Under the pieces are notes generated by a model that saw only the letters and a program-made list of their open reading frames with translations, was not told the DNA's origin and searched no databases. Below, one piece after another: positions 18,951 through 28,476 of a stretch of DNA of 64,000 nt (position 1 is the stretch's first letter; every line of letters begins with the position of its first letter). The DNA is from a virus. The DNA lies in the IMG/VR virus record IMGVR_UViG_3300025154_000068, positions 1-64,000 of that record; one strand, 5' to 3'. A program made the translations under genes and the position numbers.

Positions 18951-19256
18951 TCAGCTGTCGCAGCCGCACACGCCCTTGTGACGCGAACAGCATCCCCGTC
19001 GCGGTCCCCCACAAGAGCAGGAAGGGGACAACGTTCCGTCGCAGCATCGAAGCATCCCAGACCCCGCTCTTGTCGGCTTCGGGGTGGACGGCTTCGCGGG
19101 GGCGGGGACCGCCTTTCCTGCCAAGGGAAGCCTCTCCACTGTCGCTGTTGCGGCCGGTTGCATCGACTTCGTATCGCTCGACTTCGACTTCCCGCAGCAG
19201 CAACCGCCAAGGAAGACGGATGCGCCAACAATCGTTACCGCGAGTCGACAAGTCAT
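18951..19256 (-). CDS. Cys-rich secreted protein/lipoprotein
   Basis: Signal peptide with LGGC; C-terminal CCDGTLSPSCSC...RGCCSRHKGVCGC. Confidence 0.65.
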   Translation of the reverse strand: MTCRLAVTIVGASVFLGGCCCGKSKSSDTKSMQPAATATVERLPLAGKAVPAPAKPSTPKPTRAGSGMLRCCDGTLSPSCSCGGPRRGCCSRHKGVCGCDS

Positions 19257-19335
19257 CGATACCCCCTCCGCGGCCCAGGTTGACCGTGAGTAGGAGCGTA
19301 CCAGGATCGGCATCTTCGCGATATCTGGATGTCTC

Positions 19336-19506
19336 TTACGCCTGGCCGGGGCGGGTTCTCCAAGTCGTAGACCCGTCGATCGTCCACAACAGGTCGGTGC
19401 CCCGTGGCCCCTGAACAAGCGCGACCATGATGGCGATCTGGCGGTGGGGGAAGTCAACGAGCAGCACGCCGCCGGCGCGGGCGGTATCTTCGAAGGTGAT
19501 GGTCAT
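19336..19506 (-). CDS. Small hypothetical protein (56 aa, not in ORF track)
   Basis: AGGAGG RBS then ATG ACC ATC...TAA. Confidence 0.5.
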   Translation of the reverse strand: MTITFEDTARAGGVLLVDFPHRQIAIMVALVQGPRGTDLLWTIDGSTTWRTRPGQA

Positions 19507-19528
19507 GCCCTCCTATCGGACGGCTGCC

Positions 19529-19902
19529 GGATCGGTTGCGTGAAATCGTCCCAGCGACGATTCTTGCTAGAAGGAGGTGCACCGTGCGATTTGATGACGT
19601 CGACGACATGCTGTTGCAGAACCTTACGCTGGGAGAACCCGACGAGGCCGCACCAGGCAAGTACTTGGAAAGGGCCCGCGAGATTCTGGACAAGCGCCAG
19701 AGGGCGACCGACCGCTACCACATTTTCGTGGACGATGGAGTTCTCGTCCTGGCTCGTGACCGTGACCGGCTTGGCCAGATTTCCAATCGCTGGCTTCGGA
19801 AAGAGATGGCCGCGTTGGGCTAGTGACATTCGACGTGCTCGCTGGCGCCGGCACCGCCCTTCATCGCTCGACAGGAGGTCGAGGATCGGTTGCGTGAAAT
19901 CG
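19529..19902. repeat. Perfect 20-bp direct repeat pair
   Basis: GGATCGGTTGCGTGAAATCG at 19529-19548 and 19883-19902. Confidence 0.9.
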
Positions 19903-19940
19903 ACCGCCCCTGTGCGCCGCGCCAACTTGCACGCTTCGGC

Positions 19941-20369
19941 TCAGTATCCCCACTTGTCGTCCTTGCGGATGGGCTGGGCGCAGCTCTGCTGTGGACGGGA
20001 CCTGCAATCCGTGCCGCAACGTCCCACCGGCCGGTACCATTCGACCCGCGCGCCGTTGATCAAGAACTGGTGATGACAACACGACTCACCCCCGCCGGAG
20101 CAGACCGTGTTTGTTCGACCTGTGAATTGATTGGGTGCTGTTGTCGAGCATTCGACCGATCGCTTCCGGCACTCGTGGTACGTCCACAGTTCGAAGCCGC
20201 CCGCAACATCGGCGGTGGAGCGCGGCATCGTCGAGAACAGGGGATGAACTTGAAGCGATTGGATGTGCGCGCCGCTCCACGCAACGACGTCGCTGTCTCG
20301 CACTTCCATGCGCTTGCCGCCGCACCCAGGCATGGCCATCGTCAGCAGAGTCAACGCGACCCATCTCAT
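19941..20369 (-). CDS. Cys-rich lipoprotein
   Basis: MRWVALTLLTMAMPGC lipobox-like signal. Confidence 0.7.
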   Translation of the reverse strand: MRWVALTLLTMAMPGCGGKRMEVRDSDVVAWSGAHIQSLQVHPLFSTMPRSTADVAGGFELWTYHECRKRSVECSTTAPNQFTGRTNTVCSGGGESCCHHQFLINGARVEWYRPVGRCGTDCRSRPQQSCAQPIRKDDKWGY

Positions 20370-20431
20370 GGTGCGAGGCTACCACGAGCGCGACACGAAA
20401 AATTGACGCCCCACCCCGAACTTTCTTTCCC

Positions 20432-20466
20432 AAACTGTTGACACCAACAGTTTCTCGACCTATGTT
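20432..20466 (+). promoter_or_regulatory. Sigma70-type promoter overlapped by a perfect operator palindrome
   Basis: TTGACA(20438)-17bp-TATGTT(20461); AAACTGTTG-ACAC-CAACAGTTT at 20432-20453. Confidence 0.8.
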
Positions 20467-20533
20467 TCTTCTCGTCGGGGCAACCTGACACCGACCCGGC
20501 GGAACCGGGAGGTCCTTGAAAACGGAGCTAGAC

Positions 20534-20842
20534 ATGGTCGAGGTAACCATCCTCATCCCGGTCGCTGACAATGACGGCGACCACTTCACCCCCAACCACC
20601 ATGCGGCCTTCGAGAGCTTCATCCTCGAACGGTTCGGTGGCCTGAGTCGAGAGGCTCAAACAATCGAGGGGGTCTGGGAAGACCAGGGTCGCACCTACCG
20701 CGACACCAACCTGGTCTACCGGATCGCCATCAACTCGATAACGGAAGGGGGGCTGCTGAAGGAAGTCGCAGACTTCGCCAAGCAGCACTACCGACAGGAA
20801 GCCATCTTCCTGCGGTACCTAGGGGTCGCCGAGATTGTCTAG
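20534..20842 (+). CDS. Small ferredoxin/PII-like fold protein (DUF3574 / SAM-lyase-like)
   Basis: DNDG, RFGGLS, EGVW, YRQEAIF pattern. Confidence 0.5.
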   Translation: MVEVTILIPVADNDGDHFTPNHHAAFESFILERFGGLSREAQTIEGVWEDQGRTYRDTNLVYRIAINSITEGGLLKEVADFAKQHYRQEAIFLRYLGVAEIV

Positions 20843-20856
20843 CCCCGAGTGAGATG

Positions 20857-20890
20857 GGGGCCCGCTCGGAGGGGCGGGCCCCTTCTCTCC
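20857..20890 (+). terminator. GC hairpin plus pyrimidine tail between the two genes
   Basis: GGGGCCCGCTC-GGAG-GGGCGGGCCCC-TTCTCT. Confidence 0.5.
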
Positions 20891-20921
20891 CCCTTTCCGG
20901 ACCCGTACGAAGGAGCGCGTC

Positions 20922-21758
20922 ATGGCAACCAAGATCGACAAGCACAACACCATCACCGGCGAAACGCTCGAGTACCCGCGCCCGTCGAAGGCCGTTGCGG
21001 CGTTCCTCGCCCGCGTCGTCGATGGTGCCAACGATCCGAACGTCTCGGAGGCCGAGCTCACCGCGTTGGTCTACGGCAAGGAGAACCCGCTACTCGACCA
21101 GACGATGTTCCCCCACCACGGCGCCGTGACGGTGGCTGTGTTCGCCGATCCGGTCTACCACGTCATGTTGGACCTGCTCGGGCGCAAGCGCGTTCAGGCG
21201 GGCACGCTGGACCTGGGGGCGGTGTCCGCGGCGTCGACGATGACCATCACCGAAGCGGCCGCCGAGCTCGGCGTCACGTCGTCTGCAGTGCGTCAGGCAA
21301 TCCACGCTCACCGCCTCCCCGCGATCAAGCGCGGCGGGAGCTACCTGCTGGACCCTCGCGACGTCGCCAGCTTCCGGGTGATGCGGAGGGGGCCGAAGCC
21401 TCGAGGCGAGCGCGAGGAGGCCGTGGGGAAGGCGCCAGCGCCCGAGGAGCGCGAGCCTGACCTACGCCTCCGGATCGGCAACAAGCCCGGCGGAAGCTTT
21501 CGTGTGAAGGTCGACGGGTTCGAGGTGACGGGCAAGGAGGGGAAGGTCGTGGATGGGGTGGTGCGCGAATTCCGCGGGCGCGCCGCGATCGCGTTCAGCG
21601 GGAAGGACTCGAACCGGATGATGGTGCTCGAGCCGGCCGAGGAGGAGGAGAGCTTCGAGATCGGCGGGTTCTATGTGCGGGGGAAGTTCCGGGTCGTCGA
21701 GAAGGTGAACAACCCGCGGGAAGCGGCGGAGCGGTGGAAGGGGTTCAAGGTGGGGTGA
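20922..21758 (+). CDS. Regulator with central MerR/excisionase-type HTH
   Basis: MTITEAAAELGVTSSAVRQAIHAHRLPAIKRGGSYLLD. Confidence 0.75.
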   Translation: MATKIDKHNTITGETLEYPRPSKAVAAFLARVVDGANDPNVSEAELTALVYGKENPLLDQTMFPHHGAVTVAVFADPVYHVMLDLLGRKRVQAGTLDLGAVSAASTMTITEAAAELGVTSSAVRQAIHAHRLPAIKRGGSYLLDPRDVASFRVMRRGPKPRGEREEAVGKAPAPEEREPDLRLRIGNKPGGSFRVKVDGFEVTGKEGKVVDGVVREFRGRAAIAFSGKDSNRMMVLEPAEEEESFEIGGFYVRGKFRVVEKVNNPREAAERWKGFKVG

Positions 21759-21794
21759 TTTCGCGCTGGTCGGGTTTCTGCTATCCGTTGAATC

Positions 21795-22061
21795 ATGGCT
21801 ACAGCAACGATCAAAGAAGAATACCGGAAGCAGTACGGCAAGGCCTCGTTCTTTGGTAGGGTTGCCAACATCGACGAGACAACTTGGGAGGTCGAGTTCT
21901 GGCTGATGGAGGATGGGCAGAAGCCGCCCGAGAAGATGATGCTACCGCTGGCGCACCTTGAGTCCTGCGTTGAGGTTGGGACAGGCGCCACGCTGGAACT
22001 CGCTCGGAAGAACAGGGTTGACTACTTCGAGTTGGCGAAACAGCAAGGCTGGAGAGGGTAA
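21795..22061 (+). CDS. Hypothetical protein
   Basis: 88-aa ORF with normal composition. Confidence 0.55.
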   Translation: MATATIKEEYRKQYGKASFFGRVANIDETTWEVEFWLMEDGQKPPEKMMLPLAHLESCVEVGTGATLELARKNRVDYFELAKQQGWRG

Positions 22062-22366
22062 CAACCCGTCGCCTCACCTGCGAAGCGCCCAAGCCTCAAC
22101 CCAAGTCGATGGGTTCCACGTCAAAGGCCGTTCCGCGTCACTGAACGCCTCCCCACCCTGCCGGCACCGTGATCACCCCTCCCCGGCGCATCATCAAATC
22201 CACCGCCCCCATCCCAGCACGTGTCGCCAGGCCCCGCCGTGCTCCGGCCGCAGGTCGACCAGCCGCACGCGCCCCTGATACAGCTCCCACCGCTGGCGCA
22301 CTTCCTCGATGCACTCTCCAATCCGCGAACACCGCGACGTGCCGATCCGGCCAATCTGCTGTTGAG

Positions 22367-23065
22367 TCAGACCTCGACGTTCCGCCACCCCTCCGGAACA
22401 GTGACGAGCTCGTCACGGTAGCCAAGCATGTCCACCTCGATCCAGCCGTCGACCTTGCACGATCCCAGGTAGCACCCGTCCGACCGCACCTCCCACCGTC
22501 GGCGCCGCATCGCGCACGCCTGCAGCCCCTTGCGGCCCGTCTGCCCACCGTCCGCGGTGATGAGGTCGTCTCCGTCCCACCGAATCGCCACGGCCACGTG
22601 CATCGGCTTGACGACCTGAATGATGGCACTGGGACCAGGGCGAAGTCCGTGCCCGGGCGTCTGCCACGCCCCGCACGTCTTCGCGTAGTCGATTCCAACG
22701 CCGAGGCCGGTGCCGATGTCGTCCGCGTACCCGTCCAGCCAGTCCTCGCAGTCGACCAGCACACGCCTTCCGAGCCCGAGCGCGGTCATGGAGCAAGTGG
22801 AGATACCCTCGGTTCGGAGCCTGCCCTCGTCGTCGCGCCAGCTGTGATAGGGCACGTCGAGGCACCACGCGCCGGGGCCCAGCAGATCCTCGAAGGCACG
22901 GCGGGTCTCCAGGCTGCCGGCCTCGAGCCCAACGCCTGGGTAGAGCTTGGCCCCCATCGTCGACTCGTCGACCGTCGACAGGGCGTTCGCTACCCAGCAC
23001 CGCCGGACATCGTCGGCGAGTTCCGGGCGAGGGATCTGGATGAGGGGGGTGCGCTGGTTGATCAT
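22367..23065 (-). CDS. Putative Cys-His (papain-like/CHAP-like) hydrolase
   Basis: STCSMTALG, MHVAVA, TADGGQ; AGGTG RBS; near endolysin. Confidence 0.45.
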   Translation of the reverse strand: MINQRTPLIQIPRPELADDVRRCWVANALSTVDESTMGAKLYPGVGLEAGSLETRRAFEDLLGPGAWCLDVPYHSWRDDEGRLRTEGISTCSMTALGLGRRVLVDCEDWLDGYADDIGTGLGVGIDYAKTCGAWQTPGHGLRPGPSAIIQVVKPMHVAVAIRWDGDDLITADGGQTGRKGLQACAMRRRRWEVRSDGCYLGSCKVDGWIEVDMLGYRDELVTVPEGWRNVEV

Positions 23066-23172
23066 CGGACACCTTTCGGCTGTGGAGGGGCCGCCAGAGA
23101 GGCGGAGGAAGGGCGAGGCCGGTGGAAGGCTTCGGCGTTCACCAAGGGCGCTCGGCCGGGTACGATTCGCCG

Positions 23173-23454
23173 ATGACCAAGCACATCAAGCCGATCGCCA
23201 TCGCCGCAGTCTTCCTGGTGGGGTGCGCCGTGGGTGGCGCGTCGTCCCATTTCGTTGTGCCGCTGGCGAGCGCGCAGCAGCAGGTGACGATGACGCGGTG
23301 GGAGTACCTTTGCGTCAGTACGTCGGCCGAGGATGGTGAGGAGGGTGCGCAAGCGAAGGCCAATGCGGCCGGTAGAGAAGGTTGGGAATTGGCTTCGGTG
23401 GCATCCATGCACCGCGGCTACCAAATGGTCTGGTGTTTCAAGCGCCCGCTGTGA
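23173..23454 (+). CDS. Exported DUF4177-like protein
   Basis: Signal peptide; RWEYLC...NAAGREGWELASV...WCFKRP. Confidence 0.7.
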   Translation: MTKHIKPIAIAAVFLVGCAVGGASSHFVVPLASAQQQVTMTRWEYLCVSTSAEDGEEGAQAKANAAGREGWELASVASMHRGYQMVWCFKRPL

Positions 23455-23469
23455 ATTCACTCCAATCGG

Positions 23470-24117
23470 TCATGCTGTCCCCAAGTCGCAACTTGCCAAG
23501 TCGTGCCTCGCCATCCACCGAAGATCGTCGATGCTGCCGTTGAACACGTTCGTGTCGACGTCGGTGGTGATGCCCGTTACCAGGCCGTCGTTCGATGCCT
23601 GCCAGACGATCCAATCGGTCCAGGGCCTCGGAATTGCCGGCTTCTGCACGCCCCAGTGAGCGACCCAGAGTGGGTGCCGCGAAAAACGATCGTCAGCACC
23701 GATCGCTGGCGTCCACCATCCCGTCGAGGTGTAGATCCACGGGCATAGGCCCGTCACGCCTTCGACGGCCTCGAGCCATTCGAGTAGAGCCTCCGGTCCA
23801 GGGGCGCCTTCCTCTGCGTCGAGCACTGGCGGGAGGCAGGGCGAGTACAGGGGGCCACGCGGAAGCCACACGCTGGCGAGCTGCGCCCAGAAGGTGTGCG
23901 CCTGCATGTCTGCCGTAGCGCCCGGGTGCTCGTAGTAGTGGTAGGCGCCGGGAATGATGCCGGCGTCGACTGCACCGCGCCAATTCTCGATGAAGCGCGG
24001 GTCATCGGTGTCGCCGTGGCTCGCACGAATGAAGGCGAACGAGACGCCATCCCGAGCCACGGCGGGCCAGTCGATCTTGCCCTGCCACTTCGAGACGTCG
24101 ATGCCGCGGGCGCTCAC
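23470..24117 (-). CDS. GH25 muramidase (endolysin)
   Basis: GIDVSKWQGKIDW, GAYHY, PPVLDAEE, LWVAHW, WQ...DVDTNVF. Confidence 0.92.
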   Translation of the reverse strand: MSARGIDVSKWQGKIDWPAVARDGVSFAFIRASHGDTDDPRFIENWRGAVDAGIIPGAYHYYEHPGATADMQAHTFWAQLASVWLPRGPLYSPCLPPVLDAEEGAPGPEALLEWLEAVEGVTGLCPWIYTSTGWWTPAIGADDRFSRHPLWVAHWGVQKPAIPRPWTDWIVWQASNDGLVTGITTDVDTNVFNGSIDDLRWMARHDLASCDLGTA

Positions 24118-24479
24118 TGGTGGACCTCGAAGGTGAAGCGCTTGAAGATGGATGGGAATGCTTCGCGAGCGGCCGCCATTACTTCGTCGAAACAGTGCTC
24201 ACCGTCGGCCACGAATGCACTGTTGCTGCCAAAGCGTCTGTCGCCGCTACGATCCCAGAATGCAACGATGGTCAGGCCAGCTACGCGCGTCACCGTGGCG
24301 AAGCCCTCCGGTTGCACCGGGGGACCGGATTGGTATGGCCGACGGGGCCGTTCCGGCTGTGGGGCCAGGTTTCCATCGATGAGGCGACTGAGACGACGAT
24401 CGTCCCGATCCAGCCTCCCATCCGCGGTCCACAGGTAGTGGCCTGGATGGCCCCAAACGCCGAAGTATCGAATCGTCAT
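24114..24479 (-). CDS. Hypothetical protein
   Basis: YFGVW..GHYLW...FWDRSGDRRFGSNSAF; overlaps lysin start. Confidence 0.65.
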   Translation of the reverse strand: MTIRYFGVWGHPGHYLWTADGRLDRDDRRLSRLIDGNLAPQPERPRRPYQSGPPVQPEGFATVTRVAGLTIVAFWDRSGDRRFGSNSAFVADGEHCFDEVMAAAREAFPSIFKRFTFEVHQ

Positions 24480-24580
24480 ACGGGCTCCACATGCTCACAC
24501 GTCGGACATCGACGCTTCGCCAGTACGCTCGAAATCCAAGTGCGGCCGCAGCGCGAGCAGACCCACCCAGGCCCAGCGGC

Positions 24581-24937
24581 TCAAGTCTGCCTCCTCGGCA
24601 TCACCGACACGTCGAGGAACAGGTTCCCGTGCGTGCCGAGATGAATCGTCCAAGCAAGGCGCCCATGCGGCATCTTCGTTGGCGCGTCCCCATGCACCGT
24701 TTCCCACTCGCCGTCTTTGCTCCGGCTCCCATCGGTGAGGTAGCCACCAGTCACGCTTAGCAGGCGCATGATCAGCGCCTCAGCCGACGTGGCCTCCTCG
24801 GTCCAGGGGACGGCGATGATGTCGAGGTCACGCGCCATGCTCCCGTGAGGGGCAATCGCGTAGCCGCAGTCGCGCCCGGCCTGAACGAGGTCCGGGAGGA
24901 GGCTGGCGTAGGTTGCTGCGGGAGAGACGTCTTTCAT
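24581..24937 (-). CDS. Minimal nucleotidyltransferase-like phage protein
   Basis: YAIAPHGSMARDLDIIAVPW (GS...DxD) and LDVS. Confidence 0.55.
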   Translation of the reverse strand: MKDVSPAATYASLLPDLVQAGRDCGYAIAPHGSMARDLDIIAVPWTEEATSAEALIMRLLSVTGGYLTDGSRSKDGEWETVHGDAPTKMPHGRLAWTIHLGTHGNLFLDVSVMPRRQT

Positions 24938-25230
24938 CGAATCTGGCCTCCCTGCACGAATCCGTGCCAGCACCCGGCGACGTTGATCGACGGCGCGAGC
25001 GTGAGGTCGTCGATCCCTGTCCCGGAGACGGCCCACCGGGGAAGCGGCACTTCTTCTTCCGGAGCTCCGCGGCCCTTGAACCACACGATGACCTGGTGGT
25101 TGCCGCATTGCGGGCATTCGAAGCGGATGCCCTGGGCCTCGGCGAGCGCGTCGACGTACCTGTAGCGCTTCCCCGGTTCCTCGATGCGAAGCAGTTGGGG
25201 TTCGAGATCGCGGACCTTCACCATAGGCAC
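24934..25230 (-). CDS. DUF6527-like metal-binding protein
   Basis: FECPQCG.H...RW...LTLAPSIN...CWHGFV. Confidence 0.65.
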   Translation of the reverse strand: MPMVKVRDLEPQLLRIEEPGKRYRYVDALAEAQGIRFECPQCGNHQVIVWFKGRGAPEEEVPLPRWAVSGTGIDDLTLAPSINVAGCWHGFVQGGQIR

Positions 25231-25260
25231 TATCCTTCCAGTGTGTTACATGCGCCGATC

Positions 25261-25602
25261 ATGCGGTTCGCTCACTTCATACTGGTCGCCATAGGAGTGT
25301 CGCTCATCGCCTGCTCCAGCGACGACGATCCGGCAGAGAAGCCAGGTCCCTGGGAATGTGTTATCTGGACTGGTGGCATTAGTCCGGGGGGCTGCAGTTG
25401 TGCGGAATCGGTCAATGATATCCGCACCGATTTTGCAGACATCGTGAAGGACACAACCTCGTGCACCGGGGAGTGTTGCGTCCTCTATCCCGGGCATCCA
25501 GACGATCCATCGGACCATGACTACTGCGAGTGCCAGCCCGAACCGTGTCCAGAAAACCTCACGGGGGAAACAGTCGCTGACTGCAACACTAACCCGTTTT
25601 GA
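25261..25602 (+). CDS. Cys-rich acidic lipoprotein (moron, opposite strand)
   Basis: LIAC lipobox; many Cys; lower GC than flanks. Confidence 0.7.
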   Translation: MRFAHFILVAIGVSLIACSSDDDPAEKPGPWECVIWTGGISPGGCSCAESVNDIRTDFADIVKDTTSCTGECCVLYPGHPDDPSDHDYCECQPEPCPENLTGETVADCNTNPF

Positions 25603-25603
25603 C

Positions 25604-25921
25604 CTACCGCTCGCACCGCACGTTGCATCCCCTCACGCCGTCGACCGTCCCGTCGCTCGCTAGGACGCACTGAGGCCCCGACTCCGGACCGATCCACACG
25701 TAGCCCAGCCGGGACAGCCGCTCGCAGTCGGCCGTGCACTGCTCGACGTCGTTGCCCTCCCGACACTCGAGCTCGTGCATCATCCCGCACGCAGCGGGGC
25801 ACGCATCGAGGCCTGGGGAAGGGTGGACGACATGCGAGGAGCACCCCACGATCGACAGGAGCCAGAGCATGGCGCCCGCGACCGCTGCGAGTCCGAGGTA
25901 GTCGAGCCAGGTGTTTTTCAT
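25604..25921 (-). CDS. Cys-rich lipoprotein
   Basis: Hydrophobic signal ending IVGC. Confidence 0.65.
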   Translation of the reverse strand: MKNTWLDYLGLAAVAGAMLWLLSIVGCSSHVVHPSPGLDACPAACGMMHELECREGNDVEQCTADCERLSRLGYVWIGPESGPQCVLASDGTVDGVRGCNVRCER

Positions 25922-26733
25922 CGAAGCGCCCCCATGAGTTTGAGGTTGTGCACCAGCGCTTCCACGTCGACGTCCACGATCCACGTCTCGGAGTCGTGGT
26001 CCTCGCGCACGTTGCGCCAGGACTCGCGCCGGTCGTAGGTGTCATTCCAGCTCGACACCTTGCCCAATGATTCCGCGTCGTACGTCGCGCACAACTCCGC
26101 GTGCCTGCCCTTGGCGCCGTCTTCGTCGAGCGTCCACGGCGGGTCCCCGGGCATCCAGTCGAGGTAGGGTTGATCGACACGGATGCCACGGATGACTGGA
26201 CGCGCAGCCCTGCCCGGCGCGGACAGCGTTGCTTTGATGATGGCCTCGAGCTCGCCGCCGTACGCAAGCACCCGACGGGGGCGTAGCCAGTCGTTGCGCA
26301 AGCCCTTCGTGAGTACGTCCCACGGGGGCTCCACACAGACCTTGCTAACCCGAAACGGCCAGTCCGCGTCGATGGCAAACCCAGCCTCGCGAAGCATCGC
26401 GGCCATGTCCGGCATGCGGCACCCGAGGTCCACGATCTTGCTCTTGTCGCCGTCGTGCGTCTTGGCGAGCGTGAGATAGTACATCCCGAGCACCGACGCC
26501 CACACACGCGGCAGACCGAGGATGCCGAGCAGCGTCCAGATCGCGCCGGCATACGCCCACGCGACGCAGGTCTCCGTGATGCTCTGGTCGCCTCCGCGCC
26601 GAACGAAGTTGGTCAGCTCGGTGCACTCGGTGGGCACAGAACCAGCGCGGTAGGTCGCGACGCCGTAGGGGGCCACGCCGCGGGGCGTGGGGACGAGACC
26701 GTTGCACTTCAGCACGCGGGGTTGGCGGGGCAT
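25918..26733 (-). CDS. Papain-like (C1) cysteine peptidase
   Basis: DQSITETCVAWA (Q..C), GRHAEL (H), SSW. Confidence 0.7.
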   Translation of the reverse strand: MPRQPRVLKCNGLVPTPRGVAPYGVATYRAGSVPTECTELTNFVRRGGDQSITETCVAWAYAGAIWTLLGILGLPRVWASVLGMYYLTLAKTHDGDKSKIVDLGCRMPDMAAMLREAGFAIDADWPFRVSKVCVEPPWDVLTKGLRNDWLRPRRVLAYGGELEAIIKATLSAPGRAARPVIRGIRVDQPYLDWMPGDPPWTLDEDGAKGRHAELCATYDAESLGKVSSWNDTYDRRESWRNVREDHDSETWIVDVDVEALVHNLKLMGALR

Positions 26734-27149
26734 CACTTGCTCATCCCCACCGTGTACGCCTTCGGATCCGGGACGTATCCGCCGGCGCCCCCGGTGTTGC
26801 CGACGAACGGCCGCAGCACATCCCACGCCGTCGCGAAGGCACGGAACACCGCTGCGAGGTCAGGCGTGTTGCACTGCTCCCTGGCGCCGTCGAGCAGCTC
26901 TTGGGCAATCCGCAGGCCCATCGACGCATCACGCAGCGCCTCCAAAGCCCGCGTCTTGGCCGTGCCATCCGGCATGGTCGAGACCATCGCGGACGCCTGG
27001 GCGATTGCCGTGTTCGCCTCGGGGAGCATCGCCTCACCGCGTTCGATGAGTGGCTTTGCGATGTCACACGCGTCCGTGAAGAGCGAGCACGAGGGAAGTG
27101 TCACCATCAACGCCAACACCATGAGAATCAGACTTCGAAACCTCGACAT
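26733..27149 (-). CDS. Helical lipoprotein (possible spanin-like lysis accessory)
   Basis: LPSC lipobox, GGAGG RBS, lysis-module position. Confidence 0.55.
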   Translation of the reverse strand: MSRFRSLILMVLALMVTLPSCSLFTDACDIAKPLIERGEAMLPEANTAIAQASAMVSTMPDGTAKTRALEALRDASMGLRIAQELLDGAREQCNTPDLAAVFRAFATAWDVLRPFVGNTGGAGGYVPDPKAYTVGMSK

Positions 27150-27151
27150 GA

Positions 27152-27745
27152 TCAGCCTCCAAACAGTTGAGCGATCCCAGCACCACTACCGAGCGCCGTG
27201 ATGATCGCGACGATGACGGCGGCAATGATTGCCCCGATTTTTTCCCACTTCGTCCACTCGCGTTTCGCAGCCTTGTCCACGCGCTCGGAGTTGCGCCGAC
27301 GCTCGGCCTCCGTCGCGGTGATGGTCGCTCGAGCAGCTGCGAGCAGGGCCTGCAGCTCCGCTACCTTGTCGTCCCGGTCTATTGCGCGCGCCCTCCACAC
27401 GGTGGCCGCGGCCTCGGGCTCGCGACCGCTCAACGTCGGCTCGTCGGGATCCCAATCGGGCATCGACACGAGCGGGAGTCGCGGAGCGATCCTCATGTCA
27501 CGCCTGAGCCCGCGGATCTCGCCCACGACTCCCGCGACCGCGGCCACCTGGTCGAGCATGTCACCTTCCAGGCCGTGGACCGCTTCCTTCAGGCCTCCGA
27601 TTTCGGAGTTCTGCGCCCGGAACGCTTCTCGCAATTCCTCCCACCAGAGACGCTCGCGGCGCTGTTCAGCTTCGAGAGCTTCGAGTCGGTCGTTCTCGAC
27701 GCAACCCCTTCCACCGTTCTCTGGGATCCCACACTCGGATCGCAT
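27152..27745 (-). CDS. Coiled-coil protein with C-terminal TM helix (lysis module)
   Basis: KIGAIIAAVIVAIITALG. Confidence 0.55.
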   Translation of the reverse strand: MRSECGIPENGGRGCVENDRLEALEAEQRRERLWWEELREAFRAQNSEIGGLKEAVHGLEGDMLDQVAAVAGVVGEIRGLRRDMRIAPRLPLVSMPDWDPDEPTLSGREPEAAATVWRARAIDRDDKVAELQALLAAARATITATEAERRRNSERVDKAAKREWTKWEKIGAIIAAVIVAIITALGSGAGIAQLFGG

Positions 27746-28476
27746 TATGCAGCCTCGCTCAGCTCTGCGCGCAGACGCTTGAGCGCCCGGTCGCGGATGC
27801 GGCTCATACGCATGCGTGCAGCGCGCGGTCCGCACGACGTGCGCGAGCCGACGTCAGTTAGGGTCTCGTCGCCAATCACGGTCCGCACGACGACTTCACG
27901 CTCATCGGGTGGCAGACGATCCACTGCGGATCGCACCAGATGGGCCAGTTCCGCGCGCGCCATCTCGCGCTCCGGATCCGCAGTGCAAGGGATCGGAATG
28001 TCGTCGCTGTCGACCGAGGTCATCTTTGCCGCCTGCACCGCTGCGGTGGCGTGGTCGTGCCGGGGTCGGTGGCCAGTCCTTGCGGCAATGGCGTCCGAGA
28101 TCGAGCGGTTTGGATCCGGCGTCTGTTGGGCCTCGTCCCACATCCCAGGCAGCGCCCACCATAACCGTGCAGCGAGCGACGTGCGGCCCACCGTTCCGAT
28201 TGTGCGCGATGCCCGTACGGCGTCGAGCTGCCGCAGTCGAATCCAGTACATCGCAGTCGTGGTGTAGGAGGTGTCCCTTTCGGGATCGTGGACCCGGACG
28301 GCCTCGAGCAGACCGAGGACACCCTCGGCGACGAGATCCTCGTGCTCGACTTGGTATCCGGCGAGTCGCGCAGCGCTGCGATGCACCAGGCCGAGGTTGC
28401 CCTCGACGAGCTCGGCCGCGGCACGGCGGTCGCCAGCCTTTGCTCGAGCAACGTGGTCGGCCCAGCGGTCGGTCAT
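27745..28476 (-). CDS. Sigma-70 family RNA polymerase sigma factor (copy 1)
   Basis: ELVEGNLGLV, EDLVAEGVLGLLEAV..HDP...YTTTAMYWIR; region 4 LPPDEREVV...ETLTDVG. Confidence 0.85.
   Translation of the reverse strand: MTDRWADHVARAKAGDRRAAAELVEGNLGLVHRSAARLAGYQVEHEDLVAEGVLGLLEAVRVHDPERDTSYTTTAMYWIRLRQLDAVRASRTIGTVGRTSLAARLWWALPGMWDEAQQTPDPNRSISDAIAARTGHRPRHDHATAAVQAAKMTSVDSDDIPIPCTADPEREMARAELAHLVRSAVDRLPPDEREVVVRTVIGDETLTDVGSRTSCGPRAARMRMSRIRDRALKRLRAELSEAA

Noticed and set aside
20922-21758. Excisionase marking an integration module
   Set aside because: The HTH is internal to a 278-aa protein and no recombinase is present nearby
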